From: Candidatus Levyibacteriota bacterium
GTDB taxonomy: Bacteria; Patescibacteriota; Microgenomatia; Levybacterales; UBA12049
Assembly (NCBI GenBank): GCA_963716145.1
Contig: OY970292.1
Coordinates: 140,104-204,103, forward strand
Direction: 5' to 3'
Length of the DNA stretch: 64,000 bases
The notes beneath the pieces were generated by a model. The model made no database searches. It was not told where the DNA came from and worked only from the letters and a program-made list of their open reading frames with translations. Position 1 is the first letter of the stretch. Every line of letters starts with the position of its first letter. The position numbers and the translations under genes are program-made. Below, in pieces: positions 11,058 through 21,113 of this stretch.

Positions 11058-11106
11058 AAATTAACCATAAAACTTTGCACTTTTCATTTTGAACTTTACA
11101 CTTACA
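11015..11106. repeat. Inverted pair of degenerate heptamer tracts at the rplU 3' end
   Basis: TAAAAGC TCAAAGT TAAAAGT TAAAATT GCAGT TCAAAAT TAAAAAT, then ACTTTGC ACTTTTC ATTTTGA ACTTTAC. Confidence 0.75.
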
Positions 11107-11174
11107 CTTGACATCTGTGAAAAGTTTTCGTATTATTGAGTGGAAATTTTATAATATAAGTCTATCTCTTAAAT

Positions 11175-11426
11175 ATGGCACATACAAAAGCACAAGGATC
11201 AGTTAAGGGCAACCGCGATTCGCGGGCAAAAAGACGCGGAATTAAGCTTTATAGTGGAGAAAAAACGAAGAGTGGGAGTATAATCGTGCGTCAAAAAGGA
11301 AGTAAATTTTTTCCGGGAGACGGCGTCCAGATGGGCCGGGATTTCACACTATTTGCTATAAAAGAAGGCACAGTCAACGTTAAAACACTTAATGGTAAAA
11401 AATATATTGAGGTAATACATGGATAA
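11175..11426 (+). CDS. rpmA: 50S ribosomal protein L27
   Basis: MAHTKAQGSVKGNRDS, IIVRQKG, GRDFTLFA. Confidence 0.97.
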   Translation: MAHTKAQGSVKGNRDSRAKRRGIKLYSGEKTKSGSIIVRQKGSKFFPGDGVQMGRDFTLFAIKEGTVNVKTLNGKKYIEVIHG

Positions 11427-12243
11427 TAATCAGAACGTAACTGATATTCATTCCCTTGAAACCAATCAACTGCAATCCAACCCTCTTCAGCCCCGCGGAG
11501 TTATAACACCGGATTCCCTTACAGATCTTGTTGAATCAATTAGGGAACAGGGCATACTTGAGCCAATCGTAGTAGCAAAAACACCAGCGGGCTATCAGAT
11601 AATTGCGGGAGAGCGCAGGTGGAGAGCAGCTAAGGTTTTGAGGCTTGAGGTTGTTCCCGTTGTTGTAAAAGAGACAACTCCCCAGGGAATGCTTGAGATG
11701 TCAATTGTTGAAAATGTCCAGAGAGAAGATCTTAACCCAATAGAAAAGGCATTGGCATACAAACGCCTTATTGATGAATTTGGACTTGGAACGACAGAGG
11801 TTGCCAAGAGAGTTGGTAAAAGCGTTCCTGCAGTTTCCAATACAATACGCCTTCTCTCCCTACCAGACGCCATAAAAGATGCTTTAGTGGCAGGCGTTAT
11901 AACGGAAGGCCACGTTCGGCCACTTCTATCCCTTGGTGACGCAAGATTAATGCTTGATGTTTTTAAGACAATTCTGCGTGAAAATTACACAGTTCGTCAA
12001 ACAGAAGAATTGGCTAGGCAAGTTAAAGGAGGTATTCAAAAAAAAGAGCCTGCATCCGGTAAAGATCAGATTTGGGTTCCAGAACAGGATCAAATGGCCA
12101 AAGAAATTGCTGAGAAAAATATGGTTGATAAGGTTGCTATATTTCAGTCAAGCAAGCTTGCGCGGGTAACGATTGTCATTAAGGGAGATCCGGAAGTTAC
12201 TTCAAAAAAACTTAAAAGTATTCACGAAGTTCTAACTCATTAA
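11419..12243 (+). CDS. parB: ParB/Spo0J partition protein (no adjacent parA)
   Basis: NPLQPR, IIAGERRWRAA, ENVQREDLNPIE, HTH region. Confidence 0.93.
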   Translation: MDNNQNVTDIHSLETNQLQSNPLQPRGVITPDSLTDLVESIREQGILEPIVVAKTPAGYQIIAGERRWRAAKVLRLEVVPVVVKETTPQGMLEMSIVENVQREDLNPIEKALAYKRLIDEFGLGTTEVAKRVGKSVPAVSNTIRLLSLPDAIKDALVAGVITEGHVRPLLSLGDARLMLDVFKTILRENYTVRQTEELARQVKGGIQKKEPASGKDQIWVPEQDQMAKEIAEKNMVDKVAIFQSSKLARVTIVIKGDPEVTSKKLKSIHEVLTH

Positions 12244-12247
12244 TTAT

Positions 12248-12820
12248 TTATTTTGAAGGTTGAAAAGGATTTTTCACCACCCTCATTGCGTTAACCGGCC
12301 AGTAGACAAATAATGATTCTCCAATAATTTTATCTTTTGGTAAAAATCCCCATTCTCTTGAGTCTGAGCTAGCAGGACGATTATCTCCCATAACTATATA
12401 GTCCCCAACAGGTACGGTTACAGGAGGAGCACTCTCTTTGATAAAACTCCCTCCATATGTTTTAACATCAGATTTCAAATACGGACTTTCATCAACTTTT
12501 ACGTCATTTACATACACTAATCCGTCTTTTATAGAAACTGTATCTCCGGGTATACCCATAATTCGCTTTATATAATCTTTTTCTGGATCAAGAGGAGCAT
12601 GAAAAACTATTACATCGCCTCTTTTTGGATCATTAAAGCGAAGGCCAATTAGGTTTGTTAAGATAAATTCTTTATTCTTAAATGTTGGAAACATAGATTC
12701 ACCACTCACCTGAAAGGGTCTAAATAAAAATATATATACAACTAAAAAGATAGATGCCGCTAATAGAATTGTTTGCATTGCATCCAGAGTAAAGTTGTAA
12801 ACTTTCTTTAGTATTTCCAT
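12248..12820 (-). CDS. lepB: Signal peptidase I
   Basis: GESMFPT (catalytic Ser), YIKRI (Lys), GDNRPASSDSR; ATG at 12820 preferred. Confidence 0.95.
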   Translation of the reverse strand: MEILKKVYNFTLDAMQTILLAASIFLVVYIFLFRPFQVSGESMFPTFKNKEFILTNLIGLRFNDPKRGDVIVFHAPLDPEKDYIKRIMGIPGDTVSIKDGLVYVNDVKVDESPYLKSDVKTYGGSFIKESAPPVTVPVGDYIVMGDNRPASSDSREWGFLPKDKIIGESLFVYWPVNAMRVVKNPFQPSK

Positions 12821-13003
12821 AGAATTAATTATCACAGTTTTGAGCTCTATTTGTCAACGATTTCAAATATAGTTAAATTACTTTTTATATTCTTGATGTG
12901 AAGCAAGCTTTTTGGCATTGTCATATCTGCCAATTATTAATAAAAACGTTGGAATTATAAAAGACATTTGGGAGTTTTTGGTCATAATGCTAATCTTTAA
13001 AAA

Positions 13004-13789
13004 TTAATTGTAGTTAATTAATAGGGATGCTTTGGATACAATTTTCCTTACGAATAATTTACTTTTTTCCTTTGTGCGAATTCCCTTATGCTTATTAATG
13101 GATTTTAAACCTCTATATAGATAATCAAGATAAGCTTCGGGTTTTTTCCAGCGCCTAACAGATGTCTTAACTATGAGGTTGTTATCAAATTTAATTCTTC
13201 CAAAAGGGGCTAAATGAATAGCAAGATCCAGATCTTCATGTACTTGTTTATCATTAAGGCAAACTTGATCTTTTACTTTCTTCCACGCGCTGCCCCTGAT
13301 GGAATAATTTGGGCCGTATATGCAATCATGCTTGGTCATTTTTTTTACAAGATTGTTATATGATTTAATCAGCTTAAATAAGGTTGGTTTTGATTGCCAA
13401 TGTGAATTCTGAATTAATTCCGGAAGATCATAAAACTCCGCAGGTCCTGATACTGCCACAAGTTTTTTATCCAAAAAGCTCTTTTTAATAAGTTTAATCC
13501 AGTTTGGGGGGAGGATTGTGTCTGCGTCTGTGCGGGCAATGATAGCATATTTTGCTTGGTTAAAACCTTTATTTCGTGCGGGAGTTAATCCTTGTTTTTT
13601 CTCAGTCAGTACCTTTACAGGATATTTTCTGGCAATTTTTGCTGTATTATCTGTTGAATTGTTGTTAACAACAATTATTTCGTTAGCTGGGTCAGTTTGG
13701 TGCATAAGACTTTCCAAACAAGCGCCAATGTACGCCTCTTCGTTATGAACAGGTATTACTACTGATACTTTGATTGATTCTTCAGCCAT
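13004..13789 (-). CDS. Glycosyltransferase family 2
   Basis: SVVIPVHNEE, ARNKG, DAD, ED motifs. Confidence 0.9.
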   Translation of the reverse strand: MAEESIKVSVVIPVHNEEAYIGACLESLMHQTDPANEIIVVNNNSTDNTAKIARKYPVKVLTEKKQGLTPARNKGFNQAKYAIIARTDADTILPPNWIKLIKKSFLDKKLVAVSGPAEFYDLPELIQNSHWQSKPTLFKLIKSYNNLVKKMTKHDCIYGPNYSIRGSAWKKVKDQVCLNDKQVHEDLDLAIHLAPFGRIKFDNNLIVKTSVRRWKKPEAYLDYLYRGLKSINKHKGIRTKEKSKLFVRKIVSKASLLINYN

Positions 13790-13880
13790 ATGTTGATATT
13801 GTACAATTTGTAAGCATAAACTACAATAGATTTGTAGACTATAAAATTATCCTGCATATGTAGGATAATTCAAAAAATTG

Positions 13881-15080
13881 ATGAATATTCTTATCGCAAC
13901 AGATCAATACTATCCAACCCTTGGAGGAATAATAGTAGCTACAGATCAACTTATTCGTGAGCTTGCCAGAAATAGTCATACAGTTTCTCTTTTGGCTCCA
14001 TCTGCAACAAGAACTACTCAGACGGAGAGGGTTAATGAGAACTTGACGATTTACAGGATCAATTCTTTTTCAATATTTAAAAAGAAAGGAATTCGCTTTG
14101 CTTATAATTTTAAATCAATAAAGCAGACAATTGATACTATAAAGCCTGACCTTATTCACGTTGCTACACCCGGAGTTATTGGCGTTACGTCGCTGCGCGA
14201 AGCAAAAAAACTTGGAATACCTGTGGTCGCAACCAATCACATTGTTGCTGAAAATATTACCGCTGCGTGGAATACAATGCCGCATTTTATCGAAGCGGGT
14301 GTTGAAAAAATTGCAATGGAATGGTTGAGAAATATTTATCAGCAGGCAGATCATATGATTTCTCCTTCAGGTGCTGCAGCAGATCATCTCCGCAAGCTGG
14401 GAATAACAAAACCAATTACTGTTATATCCAATGGTTTGTATCTAAAAATTTTTGTAAATCCAAATTTAAAGATTTTGAAGAGTCTCAAAGAAAAATTGCA
14501 ATTGCCCAAAAAACCCAGGATACTTTATGTCGGGAGGTTTGATAAAGAAAAACAAGTAGACTTACTTATTGAAGCATTTGCTGCTTTGAGAAATAACTTT
14601 GATGCTCAATTACTTCTGGCAGGAAAAGGTCTTGAAGAAGAACTGTTGAAAGCTCAAATCGCACAAAAAAATCTTTCAGAACATGTCACAATTGTCGGAT
14701 ATTTATCTACAGACGAATTGGCAGCTCTTTATCATCTTGTGGATGTTTTTGTGATGCCCTCAGTTGTTGAGTTACAAAGCATTGCCACGATGGAAGCGAT
14801 GGCGTCTCATCTACCAGTTATCGGAGCAAATGCTATGGCACTTCCCTACCTCATTCATCCGAACAAAAACGGCTTTCTGTTTGAACCGGGTAACAGTTTG
14901 GATCTTTCGGAAAAATTACTAAAAATTCTTGCTGATGAAAAGCTGAAGGTACGAATGGGAAATAAAAGTTTTGAGTATGTCCAGGAGCACGATATGGCGA
15001 AAGTTGTGAAGAAGTTTGAGGAATTGTACGAGTCGGAGATAGAAAAAAATAAGCGTGTCAGAAAAATTACAAAATCCTAA
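13881..15080 (+). CDS. Glycosyltransferase family 4, possibly a glycolipid glycosyltransferase
   Basis: ILIATDQYYP, YVGRFDKEK, ELQSIATMEAMA (EX7E). Confidence 0.9.
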   Translation: MNILIATDQYYPTLGGIIVATDQLIRELARNSHTVSLLAPSATRTTQTERVNENLTIYRINSFSIFKKKGIRFAYNFKSIKQTIDTIKPDLIHVATPGVIGVTSLREAKKLGIPVVATNHIVAENITAAWNTMPHFIEAGVEKIAMEWLRNIYQQADHMISPSGAAADHLRKLGITKPITVISNGLYLKIFVNPNLKILKSLKEKLQLPKKPRILYVGRFDKEKQVDLLIEAFAALRNNFDAQLLLAGKGLEEELLKAQIAQKNLSEHVTIVGYLSTDELAALYHLVDVFVMPSVVELQSIATMEAMASHLPVIGANAMALPYLIHPNKNGFLFEPGNSLDLSEKLLKILADEKLKVRMGNKSFEYVQEHDMAKVVKKFEELYESEIEKNKRVRKITKS

Positions 15081-15137
15081 AGCTTCAGTTTCTATCATTT
15101 CCCTGTATTTAGTATAATGTAACAATATTTATCACGT

Positions 15138-16199
15138 ATGACTATTATTTTTTTAACCCGACGTTTTTACCCCTTAATTGGCGGAGTTGAAATACATTCT
15201 TTAGAAGTTGCCAAAAGGTTAGAACAACTCGGTCACAAAGTTATCGTTATTACAGAAAATTATAAAAAGCAAGGGTTAGAAGGAGTAGAGTCAAGTGATC
15301 TTAAAGACATTGATGGAATAGAAGTAAGAAGAATTAACCCAGGAGGAGATGGCTGGTTCAAAAAATTTAGGATTTGGCGTGAGATATGGAAGCTGCGAAG
15401 CTTACTGAATAAGGCAGATGTAATACATTGTCATGATGTGTTTTTTTGGTATCTACCATTTCGTTTTTTTTATCTTTCGAAAAAAGTCTATATAACATTT
15501 CACGGTTATGAAGCTAAATTTCCTATAGCCAAAAAGGCAATTATTGTGCGTAGGATTAGCGAGGTGCTTTCGTTTGGCAATATTTGCATTGGGGATTATA
15601 TTTCAAAATGGTATGGTACAAAACCGGATTATGTAGCTTATGGTGGGGTTTATCAAATAAAGAATGAAAAATCAAATATCAAAAATACAAATAAAAAATT
15701 AAAAATTGTTTTAATAGGTAGATTAGAACAAGATATCGGAGTGCGAACATACATTAAAGCTTTGGAGAAATTAAGAGAAGACAAAATAGATTTTTCATTT
15801 AGAGTATATGGAGAAGGAGCGCTGACAAAGAAAGTGGAAAAATATGGTAAAGTTTCTGGTTTTACAGATAATATTTACCAAGTTATGAAAGCCTCAGATA
15901 TTATTTTCGCATCATCGTATTTAACAATACTGCAAGCTCTTGCCGTTAAAAAAATCGTTATTGCAGTATACGAAAATCCTCTTAAGGAAGATTATTTGAA
16001 GCTTTCTCCCTTTTCCCGTTATATTTATATTTGTAAAAATGCTAAGGAAATTGCAAATGTTATTGAGTCAGTTAGAAATACTCCTTGGAAGAGTAATTCT
16101 ATGACAGAGGGGGGGTTGCTGTGGACTAAAGAGCAAACCTGGAATAGGGTAGCTGAAATTTATTTAAGTCTTTGGAAGGTGACAAGCAAACTAAATTAA
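15138..16199 (+). CDS. Glycosyltransferase family 4
   Basis: FYPLIGGVE, DVIHCHD, ITFHG, IGRLE. Confidence 0.82.
   Translation: MTIIFLTRRFYPLIGGVEIHSLEVAKRLEQLGHKVIVITENYKKQGLEGVESSDLKDIDGIEVRRINPGGDGWFKKFRIWREIWKLRSLLNKADVIHCHDVFFWYLPFRFFYLSKKVYITFHGYEAKFPIAKKAIIVRRISEVLSFGNICIGDYISKWYGTKPDYVAYGGVYQIKNEKSNIKNTNKKLKIVLIGRLEQDIGVRTYIKALEKLREDKIDFSFRVYGEGALTKKVEKYGKVSGFTDNIYQVMKASDIIFASSYLTILQALAVKKIVIAVYENPLKEDYLKLSPFSRYIYICKNAKEIANVIESVRNTPWKSNSMTEGGLLWTKEQTWNRVAEIYLSLWKVTSKLN
15652..15707. repeat. Degenerate heptamer tract in the GT4 interdomain linker
   Basis: ATCAAAT AAAGAAT GAAAAAT CAAATAT CAAAAAT ACAAAT AAAAAAT TAAAAAT, translated QIKNEKSNIKNTNKKLK. Confidence 0.65.
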
Positions 16200-16202
16200 T
16201 TC

Positions 16203-16985
16203 ATGAAGAATTACAAAGATCCATTTAAAGTTGAGAAATTAAGAGCAAAATTAGCAAAAGAAGAAAGATTGAATCAGTTGCTGGAAACATACACTAAGCG
16301 TTATCCGGAAATACAGGATCAGAATACTCCAGCTCTTTGGGATTATTTAAATACAGAAGGACGCAAATTGATAAAAGATAATCCCATGGAAGAGGATAGG
16401 CTTAATTTTGTTAAAAAATTAATCGTTGGGCAAAGCATTCAAGTATTAAATATCGGATTCGGATCAGCTAATTTGGAAAGTAAATATTTTAAGAGTCACG
16501 CCAAAAGAAAAGTTTACTGGCATGGAATAGAAATCTCAGAAATATCTATAAAAGCTGCACGCAAAAAGTTTCCTGGAGAAAAATTTAAAAAAGGAGATAT
16601 ATCTGATCTTAAATTTCCCAACAATTATTTTGATTTTGTTATTGCACTAGAAGTGCTAGAGCATATTAAGCCAAGTAATACTTTAAAATCTCTTAAAGAA
16701 GCTTATAGAGTAGTTAAATCCGGCAATTACTTTATCGTCTCAGTGCCTTTAAATGAAGGTCTTGAAAAAATGATTGCCAAAGGGGAAAATCCAAATGCTC
16801 ATGTCAGAATGTATACACCTGATTTAATAAAGACAGAACTGAAAATTGCCGGCTTTAAAATCATAAAGGAAAAAATACTTTTTGCCTTTGGTAATTTGTA
16901 CAGAATTAAATCATTTATTGCCCAGTATTTATTGCTCCAAAAATTTAAACCAAACAATATAATAATTCTTGCGCAAAAACCATGA
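16203..16985 (+). CDS. Class I SAM-dependent methyltransferase
   Basis: VLNIGFGSA, GIEIS, FDFVIALEVLEH. Confidence 0.88.
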   Translation: MKNYKDPFKVEKLRAKLAKEERLNQLLETYTKRYPEIQDQNTPALWDYLNTEGRKLIKDNPMEEDRLNFVKKLIVGQSIQVLNIGFGSANLESKYFKSHAKRKVYWHGIEISEISIKAARKKFPGEKFKKGDISDLKFPNNYFDFVIALEVLEHIKPSNTLKSLKEAYRVVKSGNYFIVSVPLNEGLEKMIAKGENPNAHVRMYTPDLIKTELKIAGFKIIKEKILFAFGNLYRIKSFIAQYLLLQKFKPNNIIILAQKP

Positions 16986-17947
16986 TAAATAATTTTGAAA
17001 AAAAGAAAATATCTTTTATAACAACTGTATTTAACGAAGAGGAAAATATTGATAAATTTTTAACCTCGCTGATTTCTCAAAGCAAATTACCGAATGAAAT
17101 TATCATAGTTGATGGAGGGAGTATGGACAATACAATGTACATAATTTCCAATTTCCAATTTCCAATTTCAAAAAAAAATGTGAAAATTTTAAAAAAGAAG
17201 GGAAATAGGTCGCTGGGGAGGAACGAAGCAATTAAAAACACAACTGGGGATATTATTCTCTGCTCAGATGCAGGATGCATCTTAGATAGAGATTGGGTTA
17301 AGAAAATTACGGAACCATTTGAAAATCCAGAAGTTGACGCAGTTGCCGGATATTATAAAGGAGAAAGTAAAAACATTTTTCAAAAATGTTTAATTCCATA
17401 TGTTTTGGTGATGCCGGACAGAATTGATCCTGAAAATTTTCTTCCGGCAACTAGATCCATGGCTTTTAAAAAAGGGGTTTGGAAAAGAATAGGTGGTTTT
17501 CCGGAAAAATTTTCCCATAATGAAGATTATGTATTTGCAAGAAAGTTAAAAAAAGCAGGAGCAAATATAGTTCTTAAAAAGGACGCTTTAGTATATTGGA
17601 TTCCCAGAAAAAATCTAACCGAAGCATTTATCATGTTTTTTCGGTTTGCGTGGGGGGACGCAGAGGCTAAAATTTTTAGGCCAAAGGTAGGGTTAGTCTT
17701 TTTGAGGTATATTTTGGGGATTTTAATCTTCTTTTTCGCTATAATAAGAGGAGATCTCTTTTTAAGAGAAATTTTGTCCTACGCAGTTATTTTTTACTTT
17801 TTGTGGGCAATTTTTAAAAATTATAAATATGCTAAAGATGTTAGAGCTTTTATAATTTTACCAATTTTGCAGGTAATTGCAGATATAGCAGTAATCAGCG
17901 GAACAATTTTTGGTTTATATAAAATATGGGTTATAAAAAAGACGTGA
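16982..17947 (+). CDS. Glycosyltransferase family 2 with C-terminal TM helices
   Basis: SFITTVFNEE, VDGGSMD, GRNEAI, DAG, NED. Confidence 0.9.
   Translation: MINNFEKKKISFITTVFNEEENIDKFLTSLISQSKLPNEIIIVDGGSMDNTMYIISNFQFPISKKNVKILKKKGNRSLGRNEAIKNTTGDIILCSDAGCILDRDWVKKITEPFENPEVDAVAGYYKGESKNIFQKCLIPYVLVMPDRIDPENFLPATRSMAFKKGVWKRIGGFPEKFSHNEDYVFARKLKKAGANIVLKKDALVYWIPRKNLTEAFIMFFRFAWGDAEAKIFRPKVGLVFLRYILGILIFFFAIIRGDLFLREILSYAVIFYFLWAIFKNYKYAKDVRAFIILPILQVIADIAVISGTIFGLYKIWVIKKT
17143..17170. repeat. Heptamer tandem repeat inside GT2
   Basis: (AATTTCC)x3 AATTTCA, translated ISNFQFPIS. Confidence 0.85.
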
Positions 17948-19155
17948 TAAAAGGTATTTCATGGATTGGGCTTCTACGCCTTGCTACAAAAGCTGTTGGT
18001 TTTCTAGAGGCTGTTATCCTTGCCCGGATTTTAATTCCTGAACAATTTGGGGCTTATGGGGTGGCTCTGCTGGCATTGGGACTTCTAGAAGTGTTTACAG
18101 AGAGCGGAGTAAACATAATTCTTGTGCAAGAGAAAGATATAGATAAGCACATAAGCTCTGCGTGGATAGTTTCAATCTTGCGGGGACTAATAATAATGCT
18201 AGTACTTTGGGTTGGCGCGCCTTTCATTGCAAACTTTTTCCATTCATCGGAGTCGCTAAAACTTCTATATTTTATTAGTTTTGTTCCGCTAATTCGGGGA
18301 TTCATAAATCCCGCAATTGTAAAATTTCAAAAGGATTTGATGTTTGCCAAAGACTTCTGGTTTCGCTTCGCCATTCTTCTGATAGACACTAGTGTTTCAG
18401 TAGTTGTTACTTACCTAACGCAAAACCCAATAGGAATAGTTGCCGGTCTGCTCACAGGCGTATTTGCAGAACTTGTACTTTCTTTTATTTTGGTTTCACC
18501 TCGGCCTAAGTTGGAATTTGAAAGCAAATACATAAGTAAAATATTTCAGAGAGGTAAGTGGATAACGCTTAGCAGCATTTTTGATTATTTATTCTTCAAC
18601 GCTGACAATATCGCGGTTGGAAGACTAATGGGTGCAAAGGCGTTGGGAATTTATCAATTAGCTTATTCGTTAAGCGCTGCGCCTTTGATTGAGGTTGGCC
18701 GAGTTTTTGTACACGTAACTGTTCCGATTATGATCAAGATTTCCGAGGATTCATCCAGATTAAAAGATGCATTTTTTAAAACCACTCTCAATCTGCTTAT
18801 TATTACGCTTCCAATTGCTCTAATATTTGCATTATTTCCTCAGTTTTTTGTATTAATTTTAGGCAAAAAATGGGAGCAAGTTACAGTAGTGCTGCCCATC
18901 TTGGCAGTTTTAGGATTTGTAAAATCCGTATCAATGTCTACGAATGCTTTATTCCTAAGCACAAAAAAACAAGAATATACAACAGTTATTACGCTTGTTA
19001 ATATCTTAGCTCTTACAGTATCGATAGTTCCCCTAATCATGAGTTATGGACTTATCGGTGCGGGCTACTCAGCCCTCATCGGATCTGTATGTGCAACTCC
19101 ATTTATTATTTATTACACCTCCAAAACATTCAAGTTAAAAAATAAATATGATTAG
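17926..19155 (+). CDS. Wzx-type oligosaccharide flippase
   Basis: ILARILIPEQFG, multiple TM segments, DNIAVGRLMGAKALGIYQLA. Confidence 0.88.
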   Translation: MGYKKDVIKGISWIGLLRLATKAVGFLEAVILARILIPEQFGAYGVALLALGLLEVFTESGVNIILVQEKDIDKHISSAWIVSILRGLIIMLVLWVGAPFIANFFHSSESLKLLYFISFVPLIRGFINPAIVKFQKDLMFAKDFWFRFAILLIDTSVSVVVTYLTQNPIGIVAGLLTGVFAELVLSFILVSPRPKLEFESKYISKIFQRGKWITLSSIFDYLFFNADNIAVGRLMGAKALGIYQLAYSLSAAPLIEVGRVFVHVTVPIMIKISEDSSRLKDAFFKTTLNLLIITLPIALIFALFPQFFVLILGKKWEQVTVVLPILAVLGFVKSVSMSTNALFLSTKKQEYTTVITLVNILALTVSIVPLIMSYGLIGAGYSALIGSVCATPFIIYYTSKTFKLKNKYD

Positions 19156-19903
19156 CGCAGTTATACTTACTAGAAACGAAGAAAAGAATGTTTTAAGTTG
19201 TCTTGAAAGCCTGTTGTGGTGTGATGAAATTATTGTAATCGATGACAACTCAACAGACAAGACGGTAGAAATTGTAAAAAAGACTAAGGCCAAAGTTTTT
19301 AGTCATTCCCTGAACAATAATTTTTCAGAACAGCGAAATTTTGGATTGGAAAAAGCGAAGGGAGAGTGGGTATTATTTGTTGACGCGGATGAGATAGTGT
19401 CACCTGCATTGTGGTTTGAAATAATGCAACACACGAACAGTACAATTAGTAATTATTCCGGGTTTTTTTTAAAAAGAAAAGATGTTTTGTGGGATAAAGA
19501 GTTGAATTACGGGGAAACTGGAAATACAAAATTTTTAAGATTGGCAAAGAAAAATGCCGGTAGGTGGGTTGGAAAAGTCCATGAGGTATGGGAAATAGAA
19601 GGAAAAACAGCGATTTTAAATAATACATTAATGCACGCTCCTCATGCAAATGTAGGAAAATTTTTGAAAGATATTAATTTTTATACAGATCTTCGCGCAA
19701 AAGAGCTGCATGATAACAAGGCTACAGTGTCTTGGGTATCAATTCTTTTATATCCTAGCGGTAAGTTCGTACAAAATTATATTTTCAAACAAGGATTTCG
19801 AGATGGAATACCAGGGTTGGTGCTTGCTCTGATGATGTCATTCCACTCTTTTCTGGTGAGAGGAAAACTTTGGCTTTTGTGGAGCGAAAATACAAAAGTT
19901 TAA
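19148..19903 (+). CDS. Glycosyltransferase family 2 (WaaE/KdtX-like)
   Basis: ILTRNEE, DDNSTD, FSEQRNF, VDADE, VHE, GFRDG. Confidence 0.9.
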   Translation: MISAVILTRNEEKNVLSCLESLLWCDEIIVIDDNSTDKTVEIVKKTKAKVFSHSLNNNFSEQRNFGLEKAKGEWVLFVDADEIVSPALWFEIMQHTNSTISNYSGFFLKRKDVLWDKELNYGETGNTKFLRLAKKNAGRWVGKVHEVWEIEGKTAILNNTLMHAPHANVGKFLKDINFYTDLRAKELHDNKATVSWVSILLYPSGKFVQNYIFKQGFRDGIPGLVLALMMSFHSFLVRGKLWLLWSENTKV

Positions 19904-21111
19904 TGAACATGCTGCAACTTCTTATTACCCTTGTAATCCTTTTTATCCCGCTAGGTGAACTCCTGAGAATGGATCTTGGAAATAATATTTTTTTAAAACC
20001 CCTGGAGTTTCTAATAGTTTTAACGTCGATTGTTTTCCTTTCTATTACAATCTATAAGCATAAAAAAATTATAGGCGCAAAACTTACCAAGCCTTTGGTC
20101 TTATTTTGCGCAATTGCTTTTTTCTCACTAGTTATTAATTTATTCAATTTATCTTCTACGCAATTACTGACAGCATTTCTTTATTGGGTACGTTTTGTCT
20201 CTTTTGCGATCATGTATTTTGTGATCTTCACTTTTGATAAGAAATTTATAAAAAGAATTATAGCTTTGCTTTTCATAGTGGGGGTCATAATTCTACTTTT
20301 AGGATTTGTTCAGTATTTTCTATACCCAAACCTAAGGAACCTTTATTATCTTGGTTGGGATGAGCATAATTACCGCATATTTTCAAGTTTTCTGGATCCT
20401 AATTTCGCAGGCGCTTTTTTTGTTTTGTATTATTTATTTGTAACAGGGTTGGCACAATATCACTTAAAAATTAAAAAGACGAAAAGCGCTGTATTTTTAT
20501 TTGTAGTTTCAATTATTTGTATAGCTTCGATATTTCTGACTTATTCAAGAAGTGCTATTTTAATGTTGATTGCTGCGTCTATTACTTACCTAATTTTGAT
20601 AGGTAAAAAAAAGTTTTTATTTGCTCTTTTTGGAATAATCGCTATCATTATAATTTTGCTATCTCCAACTTTTAATACAGAAAACACAAATCTATTGCGC
20701 ACAGCATCAAGTTTTGCCAGAGTTGAAACATATTCCAATTCAATAAAAATCATACAAAAGCGCCCATTTTTTGGAGTAGGATTTAATGCGTACCGTTACG
20801 CCCAGCAATCATATGGATTCCGCAGTCCCCAGACAAAATTTCCATCTCACGCGGATGCAGGAGTGGACAATAGCTTTCTTTTTGTCACAGCAACCACAGG
20901 AATGATTGGTCTCATAGCTTATTTATTTCTATGGTATTCCATATTAAAAAGAGCGTTTTATATTTACCGCAAGAACAGCAATACTTTTCCTCTGGTAGTT
21001 ATTTGTTCAAGTGTTGGCCTGTTTGTTAATTCATTCTTTATAAACAGTTTATTTTTTCCTCCCCTAATGTTGTGGATGTGGATAATGATTGCTTTAATGG
21101 AGGACAATTAA
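19903..21111 (+). CDS. O-antigen ligase / Wzy_C-like membrane protein
   Basis: SSFLDPNFAG, LTYSRSA, PFFGVGFN; TAATG overlap with the upstream stop gives start 19903. Confidence 0.82.
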   Translation: MNMLQLLITLVILFIPLGELLRMDLGNNIFLKPLEFLIVLTSIVFLSITIYKHKKIIGAKLTKPLVLFCAIAFFSLVINLFNLSSTQLLTAFLYWVRFVSFAIMYFVIFTFDKKFIKRIIALLFIVGVIILLLGFVQYFLYPNLRNLYYLGWDEHNYRIFSSFLDPNFAGAFFVLYYLFVTGLAQYHLKIKKTKSAVFLFVVSIICIASIFLTYSRSAILMLIAASITYLILIGKKKFLFALFGIIAIIIILLSPTFNTENTNLLRTASSFARVETYSNSIKIIQKRPFFGVGFNAYRYAQQSYGFRSPQTKFPSHADAGVDNSFLFVTATTGMIGLIAYLFLWYSILKRAFYIYRKNSNTFPLVVICSSVGLFVNSFFINSLFFPPLMLWMWIMIALMEDN

Positions 21112-21113
21112 AT

